Part shown: positions 22,580 to 35,096 of the stretch, piece by piece
Layout of the letters: each line of letters begins with the position of its first letter
Numbering within the stretch: position 1 is the first letter of the stretch
Assembly (NCBI RefSeq): GCF_001194135.2
Contig: NC_068985.1
Span: 46,461,347-46,500,437 of the forward strand
Length of the DNA: 39,091 nucleotides
Source of the DNA: Octopus bimaculoides
Lineage: Eukaryota
Reading direction: 5' to 3'
Notes under the pieces: generated by a model
Databases searched by the model: none
Seen by the model: only the letters and a program-made list of their open reading frames with translations
What the model was told of the DNA's origin: nothing
Made by a program: the position numbers and the translations under genes

Positions 22580-23970
22580 AGTAGATCCTGAAGTTAAACA
22601 AGAGCAACAACTAAAGTAGACATCCAACTCATAGCTAATCAAAAGTGCTTCATAATATGGATGTATACCACTACCACATATGTTTCTTGTAATTCTGAAC
22701 AAACTCTGTTAATCTCCATAACACTGTTACTTCAGAATTTTTGTACATTCTTCTGCTACTTAATTAGTTTTTTTTTTTTTTTTTCTTTATCTACTTGGTT
22801 TTTATTCCTTAATCCAATTCAATGACTTTGCTAACCTTGCCAATTACCAACATATGAAGACTTAACATTCTTGTTCTTAGACTGTTAGAAATAAAGTGGT
22901 GAAATCTATGTCTATCTCTTCATATGGCATAAAAAGCTTGTAAAGTATCCTTAATATCACAGCTTGGATTTTCAATGATTTCAGTCTTGGATATTAAAAA
23001 ATTTTTCATATTCTGGAAGTTACATTCTGTGAAGAATATTATTTTGCAGCCTTCATTGTTTATGGCATGTGATATCTAACAGAACAGAGTGTGATGTGTC
23101 AGTGTCTGTATGGACACACACATACACGTGCGCACATACGAATTGATATACTAGAAGTTAAGTTTTATTTTGTCTTTTGATCACTTCAGAAATGTGTTGT
23201 TTTCATTGATTATCATTATTATTTCTAAAACCACATTAATATCATTACAAGCCTAACATTTTGTGTTAGATTTTGTTTAATTAAAAGAGATTTTTAGATT
23301 TTCTTTGCTAAGAGATTTGGTATACTTGAGAAAATATATCCGAGCATATTATTCTCTCCTGTTTTGGAGAAGGCCTACCCACCCATGCAAGCATGGTGAA
23401 ACATATGTTAAAATTGTGGTAGTGATGGATGATGGGATGATAATACGTGTTTTAGAGTCTCTCATCCATAATGTTGCTTGTTAAATCTCCATTTGCTGCT
23501 CTTCATCTGTTTGATACTATGCCCCTTTCGTGAGCAGAATAACATCTATATTGTTTGCTCAAGGAAGCATAACTGGAAAAGAGGGAGAGAGAGAGAGCAA
23601 TGACAGAAGAACCAGAATGAGTGGGTGAAAGATGGAAGAAAATGATGGTAGAATGAGTAATTGGGTTGAGAAGGGAAAGTGATGGGTAATAATAGAGGTG
23701 GATATTGGTAAGAGTAACTAATAGATGACAGTAACAAGTAGTCCTCGGTGGAGGAGAGAGATGAATGTCAGTAAAGAAAAGGTGGTACAGATTGGTGCCA
23801 TCTCTTGTATAATAAACCTCATAACAGGCTGATGGTGAATGACATAGTGATAAGAATTGTAACGGTGATGGATTAAATAGGAGTAGATCCAATACTGTCT
23901 CTTGTTGCATGGGTGATAAGGAGATGAAGGGTATCAAAGGTGCAGTAGATGTAGACTTATTAGCTGATAC

Positions 23971-24337
23971 ACTCTTTTACTTATTTCAGTCATCTGACTG
24001 GCCATGCTGGAGCACCGCCTTTAGTTGAGCAAATCGACCCCGGGACTTATTCTTTGTAAGCCTAGTACTTATTCTATCGGTGTCTTTTGCCGAACCGCTA
24101 AGTTACGGGGGACATAAACACACCAGCATCGTTTGTCAAGCAATGCTAGGGGGACAAACACAGACACACAAACATATATACGACGGGCTTCTTTCAGTTT
24201 CCATCTACCAAATCCACTCACAAGGCTTTGGTCGGCCCGAGGCTATAGTAGAAGACATTTGCCCAAGATGCCACGCAGTGGGACTGAACCCGGAACCATG
24301 TGGTTGGTAAGCAAGCTACTTACCACAGCCACTCCTA
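23971..24337 (-). mobile_element. SINE family A, little diverged
   Basis: Reverse-complement match to 13560-13935; nearly colinear with 35319-35692; many CpGs retained. Confidence 0.9.
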
Positions 24338-24399
24338 CCCCTATATTAATACTATATCTTTAGCCACTAACACCATTTTCAACATTCATTTTGTCATAT

Positions 24400-24925
24400 T
24401 TACACAATCAGATCTTCAACACCACCACATATCATCCATCAACAGTCCTTTGTCCTCTCCTTGAAATGCAACATTTTGTGATCAGTCTTCACCACTATAA
24501 CCTATGTCTCAACACAGCTTCTCTTTAAACAGCTGCTTTTCTTCATGCGTGTTGCATTCCCATACTATTGCAGTCCTCTTGCTTGCATACTACAGCAAAT
24601 TCCTCTTATATCAAGTTTTTCTCTCAGCTTAGCTCTACTCCATTGTTCATGCATATTACTAACATTATATATCCAGTGAATCATCCTTGCTTTATTTCTT
24701 TTGAAAGTCCTCTGCATTCAGAGCTTCTATAATGCTAACATGCAGCATCACATTTTTTAACACCAGTATCATACAATCCACCCTTGACTCTGAAGGGGCA
24801 ACCCTTTGTCGCCAGCAGAACTAAAATAGCTCACTGAAAATTTTCCAGTTCAGTCTTACTCTGGGTACTATGCTTTCAGGACACCCACCCCAGCTACTTG
24901 GTCACCAAGGAAGATTTCTGAGAAT
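24400..24925 (-). pseudogene. Decayed RTE-clade LINE, post-RT C-terminal coding region
   Basis: The minus strand, with frameshifts and stops, gives GGCPESIVPRVRLNWKIFSEL / LATKGCPFRVKGGLYD / ALNAEDFQ / RNKARMIHWIYNV...KLREKLDIRGICCSMQARGLQ*YGNATRM. This corresponds to the RTE region ending in R.RWYGHV.RM. Confidence 0.8.
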
Positions 24926-25244
24926 TTTTTTTAGAACTTATTTCCTCTAACTTCTTAACGTTCATTGTCTCTGTGTACCTTCTCTCTGTTTCCACTTGGT
25001 CTTTAGTGTAACAGAATTCACATGGACAAACATGTTATAACCTGGAGGACTATAATGAACATTTACACATGTACACACACACATACACTAACTAGATTGC
25101 AATGTAGGTGTTTCTAACACCATAGTCAGTGGCAATTGCAGTTTTCCTTTATGATAAAGCATTGCACACTGCTGTCTATATTAATTCTCTCTCTCTATAC
25201 ATATATATATGTGTGTGTATATATATATATTGTCTGTGTGTGTG

Positions 25245-25279
<35 letters not shown>

Positions 25280-25341
25280 ACACTTGTGAATAGCCTAAGT
25301 TTATATACATACATAAGCATGGCATAGGTGCAACTATTGCA

Positions 25342-25500
25342 CTTTGTGAGTGGATTTGGTTGGTTGATGGAAACTGAAAGAACTTTGTCGCATGAGTGTT
25401 TGTGTCTCCTTGTCTCTAGAATGTGATAGTTGTCAAGCAGTGTCATCCATTCCCAATATTCTGTAAGAACATGTCTGGCCATGGGGAAGTTATTACCTTG
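25342..25500 (+). mobile_element. SINE fragment with family A middle and a different 3' part
   Basis: CTTTGTGAGTGGATTTGG...GGAAACTGAAAGAA matches family A; the downstream sequence diverges from it. Confidence 0.5.
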
Positions 25501-26353
25501 TTACTAAACATTATTGAAGAAGCAAAGTAATGTTGCCTTTGATATTTTTGGAAGATATTTGATGGATTTCAAGAGAATCTAATGACTTAAAAGAGCAACC
25601 TCCAGTAATCTGTGGATCACACTTGAGACGTTAGACATACTGAAACAAGCAACTACAATATTGGATCCCTTGACAAAATTCTTAGAACTATGATGGCATG
25701 GTATTGCAGCACCGTCTTAACCATGTCTGCTAAAACTAACTAAAGAACTTACCATGATGCTTATTGAAAGCACTGACAATAGTCATCATCCTCACAGTGA
25801 ACTTAGTGATATATAGTTTACACATAGCTGTTCTGTTTATTTATCATCCATTCAAACTATTGATTGTTATAGTAATCTTCAGAACTTATATGTTTTCGAT
25901 TGGAAGTGGAAGGAATTGATGGCTGTTACTAAAAGAATCTCTCTCTCCCTCTTTTCCCCCATCCCCACTAAAAGCTGTCGTGGTTAATATATGTTGCTGA
26001 CAGTATATTATTTAGCTATCAGTAATTTAGGTTGCATTGTGAGAGCATCACTTTTATCATTTACTTCTGTAAGCCTTCCCCACACACACTACCTTCCTAC
26101 AAATGTACTCTTATATACTCACACAATTTCCGTACAAAACGAACTATCTCGTAGATATAGATATATGCTTATAGATATATGCTCTCTGCACATGCTCATA
26201 TATACACATTGGGAGTCATGCCTGCATGAGTGATTGCAAGTATGTAATATTATGCGCTTGTTTGCTTGTATATGTGTATAAATAAAATGTGTATGTGCAT
26301 ATATTTATATAATATATATGTATATATAATGAGTTAATGTTCTTTCACTTTCA

Positions 26354-26411
26354 TAATTAACAAGTTATTAATGAAGATAGCTTTTGTAATTAACAAGTTA
26401 TTGAGGAAGAT
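26354..26411. repeat. Direct repeat TAATTAACAAGTTATT..GAAGAT with 33-bp period
   Basis: Two copies read directly from the sequence. Confidence 0.75.
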
Positions 26412-27220
26412 CAATGCACAGTGCTTTGTCATAATGTATGTCTGTATATTCTCTGACTGGAGCCAGCTATGGTAATTAAAAAATAATCTTTTAATCTCTG
26501 TCCTGCAACAACAGCAATATCATCAATAATAATAAGAAGAATATGAATAATGATTTGTTTATTCAAGGCACTTGGCCAATATTTAGTAGTAGTAGTAGTT
26601 GCTTGTATTAGTATTTGAATACCAGTAGTGCTGATGATGATGATCATAAATTTCTTTTATTGGCCACAAGAATCCAAAACATTGAGGACAATAATACAAG
26701 GATGAACTATAATACAAAAAGTGAGGTCTACAGCAAGCAAAAAGAAGCCAACAAAAATAAAGCCATAACAAAACCTCAACAAAAAAAATTAGCCAAAAGA
26801 GCAGGGTAAATTGGAGGGAACCCCCATTACCCTTTACAAGAACAATTTATAAAGAAAAACTTCTTTGTTTCACAGAATCAAGTATGAGATAATATGCCTG
26901 AAAAACAGTACTATATACAAAATCAGTGAACTTTATAGATCCTAAGGCACCCTTGCTGTCAAGGGCAAGCACTGTCTCCTAGTTTTGTTGTCTACTCTAC
27001 AGCTACTGATTCCTAACATAGGTTAGAAAATTTTAAAGGAAATATATGCATAGTAGATTGAAAATTACTTTTGTATTTGGCTGGTGTTTATTGACGTCTA
27101 GAAGGCTGAGCACTGAAGTTGACTTTGGTAAGATTTGAACTTAGAAAGTAAAAAGACAAGACTAAAATATCAAAATAAATCTGATTCTACTAATTCACTG
27201 TGATTATTGATGATGATGAT

Positions 27221-27420
27221 AATCCTTTCTACAATAGGCACATGACTTGAGATTTTATGGGAAGGGACTAGTTGATTTCATCAACCCCAGTGTTTAACTG
27301 GTACTTATTTCATTGATCCCAAAAGGATGAAAGGCAAAGTTGACCTTGACAGAATTTGAACTCAGAGCGTAAAGATAAACAAAATACTCCTAAGCATTTT
27401 GTCAGACACATTAACGATCT
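27221..27420 (-). mobile_element. SINE family B
   Basis: Reverse complement of 17504-17720. More decayed minus-strand fragments flank it (~27075-27175 and ~27530-27590). Confidence 0.85.
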
Positions 27421-28348
27421 ACTTTAATGATGATATAATAATAATGATTTCTAGTGTTGACACAAAGTCAAAAATGTCTTGTGAGGAGAGATGACTGACA
27501 CTTACATTACCAATCCTCCTACCCCCCACCCCACCCCCAGAAAGATGAAATGAATATTGATCTTGGTAGGATTTAAACTTGGGATTTAAAAGGTTGTAAC
27601 TATAAGCTAAAGCATTTAATGTACCATTTTCTTACCTGCTATTACCACTATTAATGATATTAAGAATAAAAATGATTTTCAAGAATTGTGTTTGATAATG
27701 AGTGTTTATAGAGAAGTAGGAATCTGAGTTTCTTTTCATTTTTGTGAACACATAAATGATTATAAAATAGTAAAATCTGACAGAGAATTCACCAAGTAAT
27801 TACTGTTATGCATGATGCTAACCATAACATCCATGTATTATTATCATGGATTAAATTTTTAACTTCCCTTTCTATTGTTGTAGTTTAACCCCAGACTTAT
27901 CCTGTTTAAATAAATGTATGATCAAACGGGTTCAAACTGCCTTGTCTTTTTTTGAAGGCAAACTATATCTACATTTATGTTGTTCAGTATTTCTTTTTTT
28001 TTTAAGACGGTATGATGTGATTTCAGGAGAATTTGGTCGCTATATCAAGCATGTTCAGCTATGTGCTGGGGTCGATTTACTTGACTTTTCCCTTATGTGA
28101 CCTCATCATAACAGTTAGTAACACTTTGGAATTACTGAAAAGTAGGGCTTTCCATTTACTCATACTAATAACATGGATTTCTTTTTTGATTTTACTGTAA
28201 TCAAGTTCCTTACAGTAAAAACATCTTTTTTTCATTAATTATTATGATGACAAAGACTTTGCAAATGATAATATTAGTGGGATGTCGGCTAGCTACAACT
28301 GTTTAATAATATTGTGAAAAACTAATGTTTATATATTTCTCTTTGAAG

Positions 28349-28450
28349 ATGGATGATGGATTTATGGATGAGCACAACATGGTGCTGGATGATATTTTAG
28401 AGGAGCAACATCACGAAAAAATGCAGTTCATGGCAGGAATGCTCAATGAG
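28349..28450 (+). CDS. PDZRN3: PDZRN3/4 ortholog, internal coding exon (MDDGFMDEHNMVLDDILEEQHHEKMQFMAGMLNE)
   Basis: 102-nt exon between tttctctttgaag and gtaggt. The LEEQHH..MQF motif is the post-PDZ segment of PDZRN3/4. Confidence 0.9.
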
Positions 28451-28920
28451 GTAGGTCAAGTGATTATTTCGAGGTTTCACTGCACCATTAGTAAATCCTG
28501 TTATATGTTATATATCTATTTTACAATTTTTCTTGTATATTAATTATAATAATAGTTTTACTAGCCTCTGAATCTCTTAGATGTCAAACTATCCTCATAA
28601 TTCTTTTTCTTCAACCTCACTAAAAACTTTGTCTTTATGGAGTATATAAAATATATCAGTTCAGTTTTGTAAACACCCTTCTTCCTTGCCTTGTCAACTA
28701 ACAAAAATATAAAACCACAGATATCAAGAATTAGTACATGAAATACAATGGCTCAACTAGGAATTGAACTTGTGTCACTATATCACTGAGAATTTATTAC
28801 CACACTCTTTATGTTTCCACATGTTTACTCACTCACTTATTCTCTTTCCCTCTTCCATCTCATCACTTCAGTAGTGCTTAATTATATAAATATATCTCAA
28901 TTATTTATATTTTATTTCAG

Positions 28921-29049
28921 GTTCATATGGATGAAGAAGGTGCTACAACAGATACAGGAATGACAGAAAATTCGTGCCTGAAGCTGGAGAAAGATAGTGG
29001 AGTGGGACGTACTGATGAAAGCACAAAAAATGAAGAAAGTTCAGAGCAG
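28921..29049 (+). CDS. PDZRN3: PDZRN3/4 ortholog, internal coding exon ([13 protein letters not shown]...[21 protein letters not shown])
   Basis: 129-nt exon between ttttatttcag and gtaaga. It contains the [19 protein letters not shown] motif characteristic of PDZRN3/4. Confidence 0.95.
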
Positions 29050-29570
29050 GTAAGATTCAGACTTGATCCAATCATCATGTGGAATGCATATATCAACAAC
29101 ATATTTTCTCTTCCTCCTTATTCTGGTGGGGTTATGATGGTTCTTGGGTGTAGATTTTGGCCTCCTTACCATATAATCATAAATCACATCTTACTATTGT
29201 CAGTCTGCTCTACCCATGGGCAAGTCTGCTAATTCTGCTTGCACCAGTTTATATTACTGGACGTTGGTTGGTTGAGTGGTTAGCAATAGAAAGGACATAT
29301 AGCTATGAAACAACTGCACCAACAAATAAGCTAGCTTATGGTCTTGGAAATTTGTACTTAGAAAGTAATATATAACCTTTTGTACACTATAAGCAGTAGC
29401 ATAATTTTATTGTACCTCAGTCATGAGATAAGGTGATTCTGGAGGTCACACTTGTTCAGTTTTGACTGAAATGTATTTTAAAGCAGCAGTTGTGAGATGT
29501 TTGTTTGTCAGTATATCAATCTTCTCAAACTTAATGAGACAAATATAGTTAGTCAATTGGTAAACTCATT

Positions 29571-29805
29571 CTGGTGCCACATAAAAAGCACTTGTGTTGG
29601 TGCCATGTTAAAAGCACTAGTGCTAGTGCTAGTACCATATAAAAAGTACCCAGTATACTCTATGGAGTGAGGAGCATTAGAAAGGACATTCAGCCATAGA
29701 AACCATGCCAGAACAGACAAATAGAGCCTGACCTTACCAGCTCTGGTCAAACCGTCTAACCCATGCCAGCATGGAAAAGGAACATTAAATATAGATGATG
29801 GTGAT
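29571..29805 (+). mobile_element. Interspersed repeat family F (SINE/LINE-tail-like)
   Basis: CTGGTGCCACATAAAAAGCA...CAGCCATA is shared with 4191-4275. Its 3' end CCAACCCATGCCAGCATG recurs at ~5532 (+), ~16190 (-) and ~23380 (+). It starts with short tandem GGTGCCA..AAAAGCA units. Confidence 0.7.
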
Positions 29806-29847
29806 AAAAATGTTTGTGTTGTCAAGTGTAGATGGCACTTAGAAATG

Positions 29848-29972
29848 CCAACTTTGTCTTTCAACCTTCAGGGTTGATAAAATAAATACCAGTTAAGTAC
29901 TGGGGTTGATGCAATCGACTATCCATCTCTATCAAAATTTCAGGCTTTGTGCTTATTGTAGAAAGGATTATT
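29848..29972 (+). mobile_element. SINE family B, 5'-truncated
   Basis: Matches the 3' ~125 nt of 17504-17720. Confidence 0.8.
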
Positions 29973-30533
29973 ATTTTTACAACTCCCACCCCATGTTTTC
30001 AACACTTATATGCAAGCTTTCACTGCACTTCCAAATGCACCTTCATATTCTGAGGTGTGTGCAGCATTCGTTGTTTTTTTGGAGAGTGAGTTCTATTATT
30101 TTGTTGGGTTTGCTGTATGATTGGTATAGTGTGCTTTAGTATTGGACTGTGATTGTGTAGAATATGCTGTGTGAAGGGTTTTTCTTTTATTTAGTTGTAG
30201 TTGTTTAGAATGCCAAGTTGTGAGTTATTGGTATTATTATGTGTGGTGATTATGGAGACGTAACATGAAGAAACATGCCACCAGAATCCTCAGCTGGTCC
30301 CTTGCATCTAAGGTCAGAAACTAGAAATGGATTAATTCCTGGTATCATGGCTCAAAACACTTTATATGAACAGCCATTGTCAACTATCAATGAACTATAA
30401 TTGTGTGAAGTATGAATTGTGTTGGTTGTGTTCTATTGTTTGGTGATGATTACATAAAGTATGCGTTATGTAAGCTGTTATTAACTATTATTAATATTCC
30501 TACTATTTTCTGTTTCCTTTCTATTATTTGTAG

Positions 30534-31991
30534 GAAAACTTTGACGGGGAAAGTGTGTGTCCAGCAAGTTTGCAATTTGGTACAGAAGGAGAATTTCGAC
30601 AACGTCATGAAAGCTTTACTTCAACAGACCAAGACTATGTCAGCCATGAAATACCTGTTGATGTATGTGACAGGTTCCGAGAAGTGCTAGAGGATCGCTG
30701 TGGCAGTCCTCGTAAAGAAAGGAGCCGCAAGGATTCCCAGGGTAGTATCAACCGTGAGTTGGCCATGCTTGATAAAGAAATGAAAGAAATTCAAATGGAA
30801 TGCCAAGAACTTGTCCGTGCACATATGAGAGAGCAACAAAAAATACAGCTTCAACAGAGAGAAATGTTACGATATGAACCACAAAGGAGTCCCCGTATTG
30901 TACCCAGAATGGGAACAAGATTGGAGTACATAAAGCATACAGGTCTTACCCATGAGCAAGCAGAGAGCAGTAATAATGCTCGCAAAGAAAGCAATCAAAC
31001 CCCCAAACTCATTCCCCAATCTATGATAACTGATAAAGAGAAGGACCCAGCTACGACTAGTGCCTATAATTCAGGTGAGAGCTGTCGTAGCACACCGTTG
31101 ACCCTCGAGTTGAACCAGGTGTCAGACGACAGCGATAAAGGACTGCGTAACTCTATGTTGTGTCTTGTGCCACCAGCTGGCCGAACGTCAGGTAGCGACA
31201 CAGAAAAGCAGACACAGACACCCACTAAAGCCAATGATCATTCAAGCGATGACAGTCTGAAATTTAAAAAGAATTTATCTTTTACCCAAAATTCGTCCAA
31301 AGTCAATCATAGGTCAGGTAACCTAAAAAGTTGCGAAAGCATGGGGGAGTCATTACAAGACATTTATATGCGTTACTCTGATGTCATGTACACTAACCAT
31401 GCCAATTTGGAACATACTATTGCTATTCAACAGAAACTTTTCCAACAGCAGCTGGAGCAACGCTCTCGCATAAAAGGTCATAGCAGCAGCGGGGGTCGCG
31501 GTTCCGATGGTCAGCAGGGTGAGGCTTGTGCTGGTGCACAATCATCTGATGGCTGCCAAATGGAATGGGTGGTGAAGCGTCGGCCAGATGGTACTCGTTA
31601 CATAACACGGCGTCCAATTCGCAATAAGATGTTGAAAGAACGGGCTAAAAAGATTTCAGAAGAGCGTGCAGGCATGACAACAGATGATGATGCAATGAGC
31701 GAATTAAAAGTTGGGCGTTACTGGCCGAAAGAGGAACGTAAGAAACACATTGAGAAAGCACGTGATCAGAAACGTAAGAAAGAATTGATGATGAAAGCCA
31801 AAATGGAAACCTTAAAGGAAGAAGACAAAAAAGAGGTGAACATTCTAGAATTGAGTCATAGAAAAATGTTAAAACATAAAGGCAAAAAAGTGCTAGATGA
31901 TTTTGTAACTGTACAGGAGATGTTAGCCCATGGCAGCCGAGTAGCTGAAGGCAAAACCTACAATCCTTTACTCTCAGTAACAACTGTGTGA
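30534..31991 (+). CDS. PDZRN3: PDZRN3/4 ortholog, terminal coding exon (485 aa + stop), C-terminal LNX3-homology region ending -NPLLSVTTV
   Basis: Acceptor tatttgtag at 30533 is in frame with the long ORF 30555-31991. Family motifs: TSAYNSGESCRSTPLTLEL, MEWVVKRRPDGTRYITRRP, GMTTDDDAMSELKVGRYW, ILELSHRKM, DDFVTVQEMLAHG, and a class I PDZ-binding C-terminus TTV. TGA at 31989-31991. Confidence 0.97.
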   Translation, partial: ENFDGESVCPASLQFGTEGEFRQRHESFTSTDQDYVSHEIPVDVCDRFREVLEDRCGSPRKERSRKDSQGSINRELAMLDKEMKEIQMECQELVRAHMREQQKIQLQQREMLRYEPQRSPRIVPRMGTRLEYIKHTGLTHEQAESSNNARKESNQTPKLIPQSMITDKEKDPATTSAYNSGESCRSTPLTLELNQVSDDSDKGLRNSMLCLVPPAGRTSGSDTEKQTQTPTKANDHSSDDSLKFKKNLSFTQNSSKVNHRSGNLKSCESMGESLQDIYMRYSDVMYTNHANLEHTIAIQQKLFQQQLEQRSRIKGHSSSGGRGSDGQQGEACAGAQSSDGCQMEWVVKRRPDGTRYITRRPIRNKMLKERAKKISEERAGMTTDDDAMSELKVGRYWPKEERKKHIEKARDQKRKKELMMKAKMETLKEEDKKEVNILELSHRKMLKHKGKKVLDDFVTVQEMLAHGSRVAEGKTYNPLLSVTTV

Positions 31992-32128
31992 TAAAAAAAA
32001 AAAAAAAGACAAAACAAGTTTTATAGATATACATGCATACTTACACATAAATATATATATATATATATATATTACAAACACACATATACAATGCATATAT
32101 ACTTACATATACACTTTTTAAAAAAGAA

Positions 32129-32134
32129 AATAAA
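32129..32134 (+). promoter_or_regulatory. Candidate polyadenylation signal AATAAA
   Basis: First AATAAA I found after the stop codon (~140 nt downstream). The region is very A-rich, so it may be a chance match. Confidence 0.25.
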
Positions 32135-32524
32135 ACATGCAAAAACAGACCAATGGAAACATAGAAACAGTATATAGAAATTGTAATAATTAAACGAAGA
32201 GAAAGAAAAATTTAAACCATAACAATCATAAATAGTGAAGTTACTTCACTAGGAACATGGCCAATTTTGTACGGTCATTTGAATTGATGCCAGTATATTA
32301 CTGGTATAAAATAATGATAATAATAATGATGTTGATCGTTTCTAACACAAATGCTAAAGTATCAATGGAACAGAGCTTCTAAAAGTAAAAATTTCAAGAA
32401 AAAAAAAAAAAAAAATCAAATTAATATTGCCTGCACAATATTATGCACTGCATTGCCAAAACGAATGGAGTGTGATGAATGATGGACATTGGAGTAAACA
32501 AACAACAAGAATGACCACAGCAAC

Positions 32525-32547
32525 AATATATATANNNNNNNNNNNNN

Positions 32548-32580
<33 letters not shown>

Positions 32581-32786
32581 TCATATATATGTGTGTGTGT
32601 GTATATATAGAGAGAGATATATGTGTGTGTGTGTGTGTGTGAATATATTTATATAATATATATATATATACACACAAACCTATATATATATAAGTATGCA
32701 AACATGCATGTATATATATACATCTGAATGTGTACATGTGTGTGCATGTGTATATGTTTGTGTTTATATACACACACACAAATGTA

Positions 32787-32830
<44 letters not shown>

Positions 32831-33182
32831 CATACATGTGAATAACACTTATATACATATCTATCTATATATATATATATATATAATGGACTTCGAGAGA
32901 GTAAATTTTTCACTTTTACCTGCTTGCTATTGAAATTACCAGAAAGCCTATAATATAATTAAAATGTCTCTTTCATTCACTCCCTCTCCCCTTTCTCTCT
33001 CTCCCCTGCTCTCCTGTTATTTTTATTTATTTTTTTATATATTTTGTTCTGTCATGAGGTCTGTGGTATTATTATTATTTTTCCTGTTACGTTCACAGAA
33101 AATTTGCAAGCTTGTGCAAGGTGGGGGAGGGGTTAAAGGGACGGGTGTGTTACATACATACCTATATATGTATATATATATG

Positions 33183-33215
<33 letters not shown>

Positions 33216-33219
33216 GTAA

Positions 33220-33290
<71 letters not shown>

Positions 33291-33291
33291 A

Positions 33292-33332
<41 letters not shown>

Positions 33333-33750
33333 TGAGGAGGGTATTGTTATTTAACCAAACCCAAGAGGATACAGGTAATACCGAGTAAGTGCTGTATACC
33401 GACTAGTTTGCCCCAGTCGTATGAACAAGATTGGGTATTATAAGCCGTGTATTCTCCAACCTTACCATTGCTCTCTTTATCTTTTTATTTTTATATATTT
33501 ACATATACATATATATATATACATATATATATATATGTCTATATATCTTTATGTGTGTCTGTATATGTGTGTGTGTATATATATATATATGTATACATAC
33601 ATGTATGTGTAGATATGTATATGTATATATATATCTATATGTATAAATATATTTATGTATATATATATATGTATATATACATGTATATATACATGTATAT
33701 GTGTATATGTATATATGTACATCTATATATATGTATATATATATATTATT
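32525..33750. repeat. Large (TA)/(TG)/(CA) microsatellite field downstream of the gene
   Basis: Several dinucleotide tracts; source of the YIYI/VCVC ORFs. Confidence 0.9.
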
Positions 33751-34670
33751 GATAATGTGTTCTGAAAAATTCATCTCAATCAAACAACTTGCATTCAACA
33801 TGTAATAAAAAATACATGCATATACAGACAAACACACATACAAACTGCTGCTTAAGGAGATAATTTATATGAAAATTTTTATTATATATAAAACAAAATT
33901 TAAAAAAATTTCTAATTGAAATTTTGAGAAAAAAATATTTAAAATTAAAATACATGTCTTATAAAATAAAATATTAATAATTATAATACTGAAGAAAGAN
34001 NNNNNNNNNNNNNNNNNNNNNNNNNNNNNNNNNNNNNNNNNNNNNNNNNNNNNNNNNNNNNNNNNNNNNNNNNNNNNNNNNNNNNNNNNNNNNNNNNNNN
34101 NNNNNNNNNNNNNNNNNNNNNNNNNNNNNNNNNNNNNNNNNNNNNNNNNNNNNNNNNNNNNNNNNNNNNNNNNNNNNNNNNNNNNNNNNNNNNNNNNNNN
34201 NNNNNNNNNNNNNNNNNNNNNNNNNNNNNNNNNNNNNNNNNNNNNNNNNNNNNNNNNNNNNNNNNNNNNNNNNNNNNNNNNNNNNNNNNNNNNNNNNNNN
34301 NNNNNNNNNNNNNNNNNNNNNNNNNNNNNNNNNNNNNNNNNNNNNNNNNNNNNNNNNNNNNNNNNNNNNNNNNNNNNNNNNNNNNNNNNNNNNNNNNNNN
34401 NNNNNNNNNNNNNNNNNNNNNNNNNNNNNNNNNNNNNNNNNNNNNNNNNNNNNNNNNNNNNNNNNNNNNNNNNNNNNNNNNNNNNNNNNNNNNNNNNNNN
34501 NNNNNNNNNNNNNNNNNNNNNNNNNNNNNNNNNNNNNNNNNNNNNNNNNNNNNNNNNNNNNNNNNNNNNNNNNNNNNNNNNNNNNNNNNNNNNNNNNNNN
34601 NNNNNNNNNNNNNNNNNNNNNNNNNNNNNNNNNNNNNNNNNNNNNNNNNNNNNNNNNNNNNNNNNNNNNN

Positions 34671-35039
34671 GTCTCTTGGCACTCCGTCGCTTACGGCGTC
34701 GAGGGTTCCAGTTGATCGATCAACGGAACAGTCTGCTCGTGAAATTAACGTGCAAGTGGCTGAACACTCCACAGACACGTGTACCCTTAACGTAGTTCTC
34801 GGGGATATTCAGCGTGACACAGTGTGACAAGGCTGACCCTTTGAATTACAGGCACAACAGAAACAGGAAGAAAGAGTGAGAGAAAGTGGTGGTGGAAGAG
34901 TACATCAGGGTTCTCCACCATCCGCTGCCGGAGCCTCGTGGAGCTTTAGGTGTTTTCGCTCAATAAACACTCACAACGCCAGGTCTGGGACTCGAAACCG
35001 CGATCCTATGACCTAACCACTGGGCCATTGCGCCTCCAC
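34671..35039 (-). mobile_element. tRNA-derived SINE, family C, second copy
   Basis: Colinear and highly similar to 2265-2651, with a 15-nt deletion in the head. The tail abuts the N-gap. Confidence 0.9.
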
Positions 35040-35096
35040 TGTCAAACAGTGATAGGGGACAAACATCAAAGACATACACGTGGATACATTCATACA

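Noticed and set aside
23503-23937. 144-aa minus-strand ORF
   Set aside because: It arises from a purine-rich low-complexity tract, has no recognisable domain and is antisense within an intron.
25540-25810. Possible additional decayed LINE fragment
   Set aside because: Could not recover a recognisable peptide in any frame.
30412-30690. 92-aa ORF overlapping the terminal exon start; also antisense ORFs 31353-31541, 31423-31617, 31645-32034
   Set aside because: Alternative-frame or antisense shadows of the real exon.
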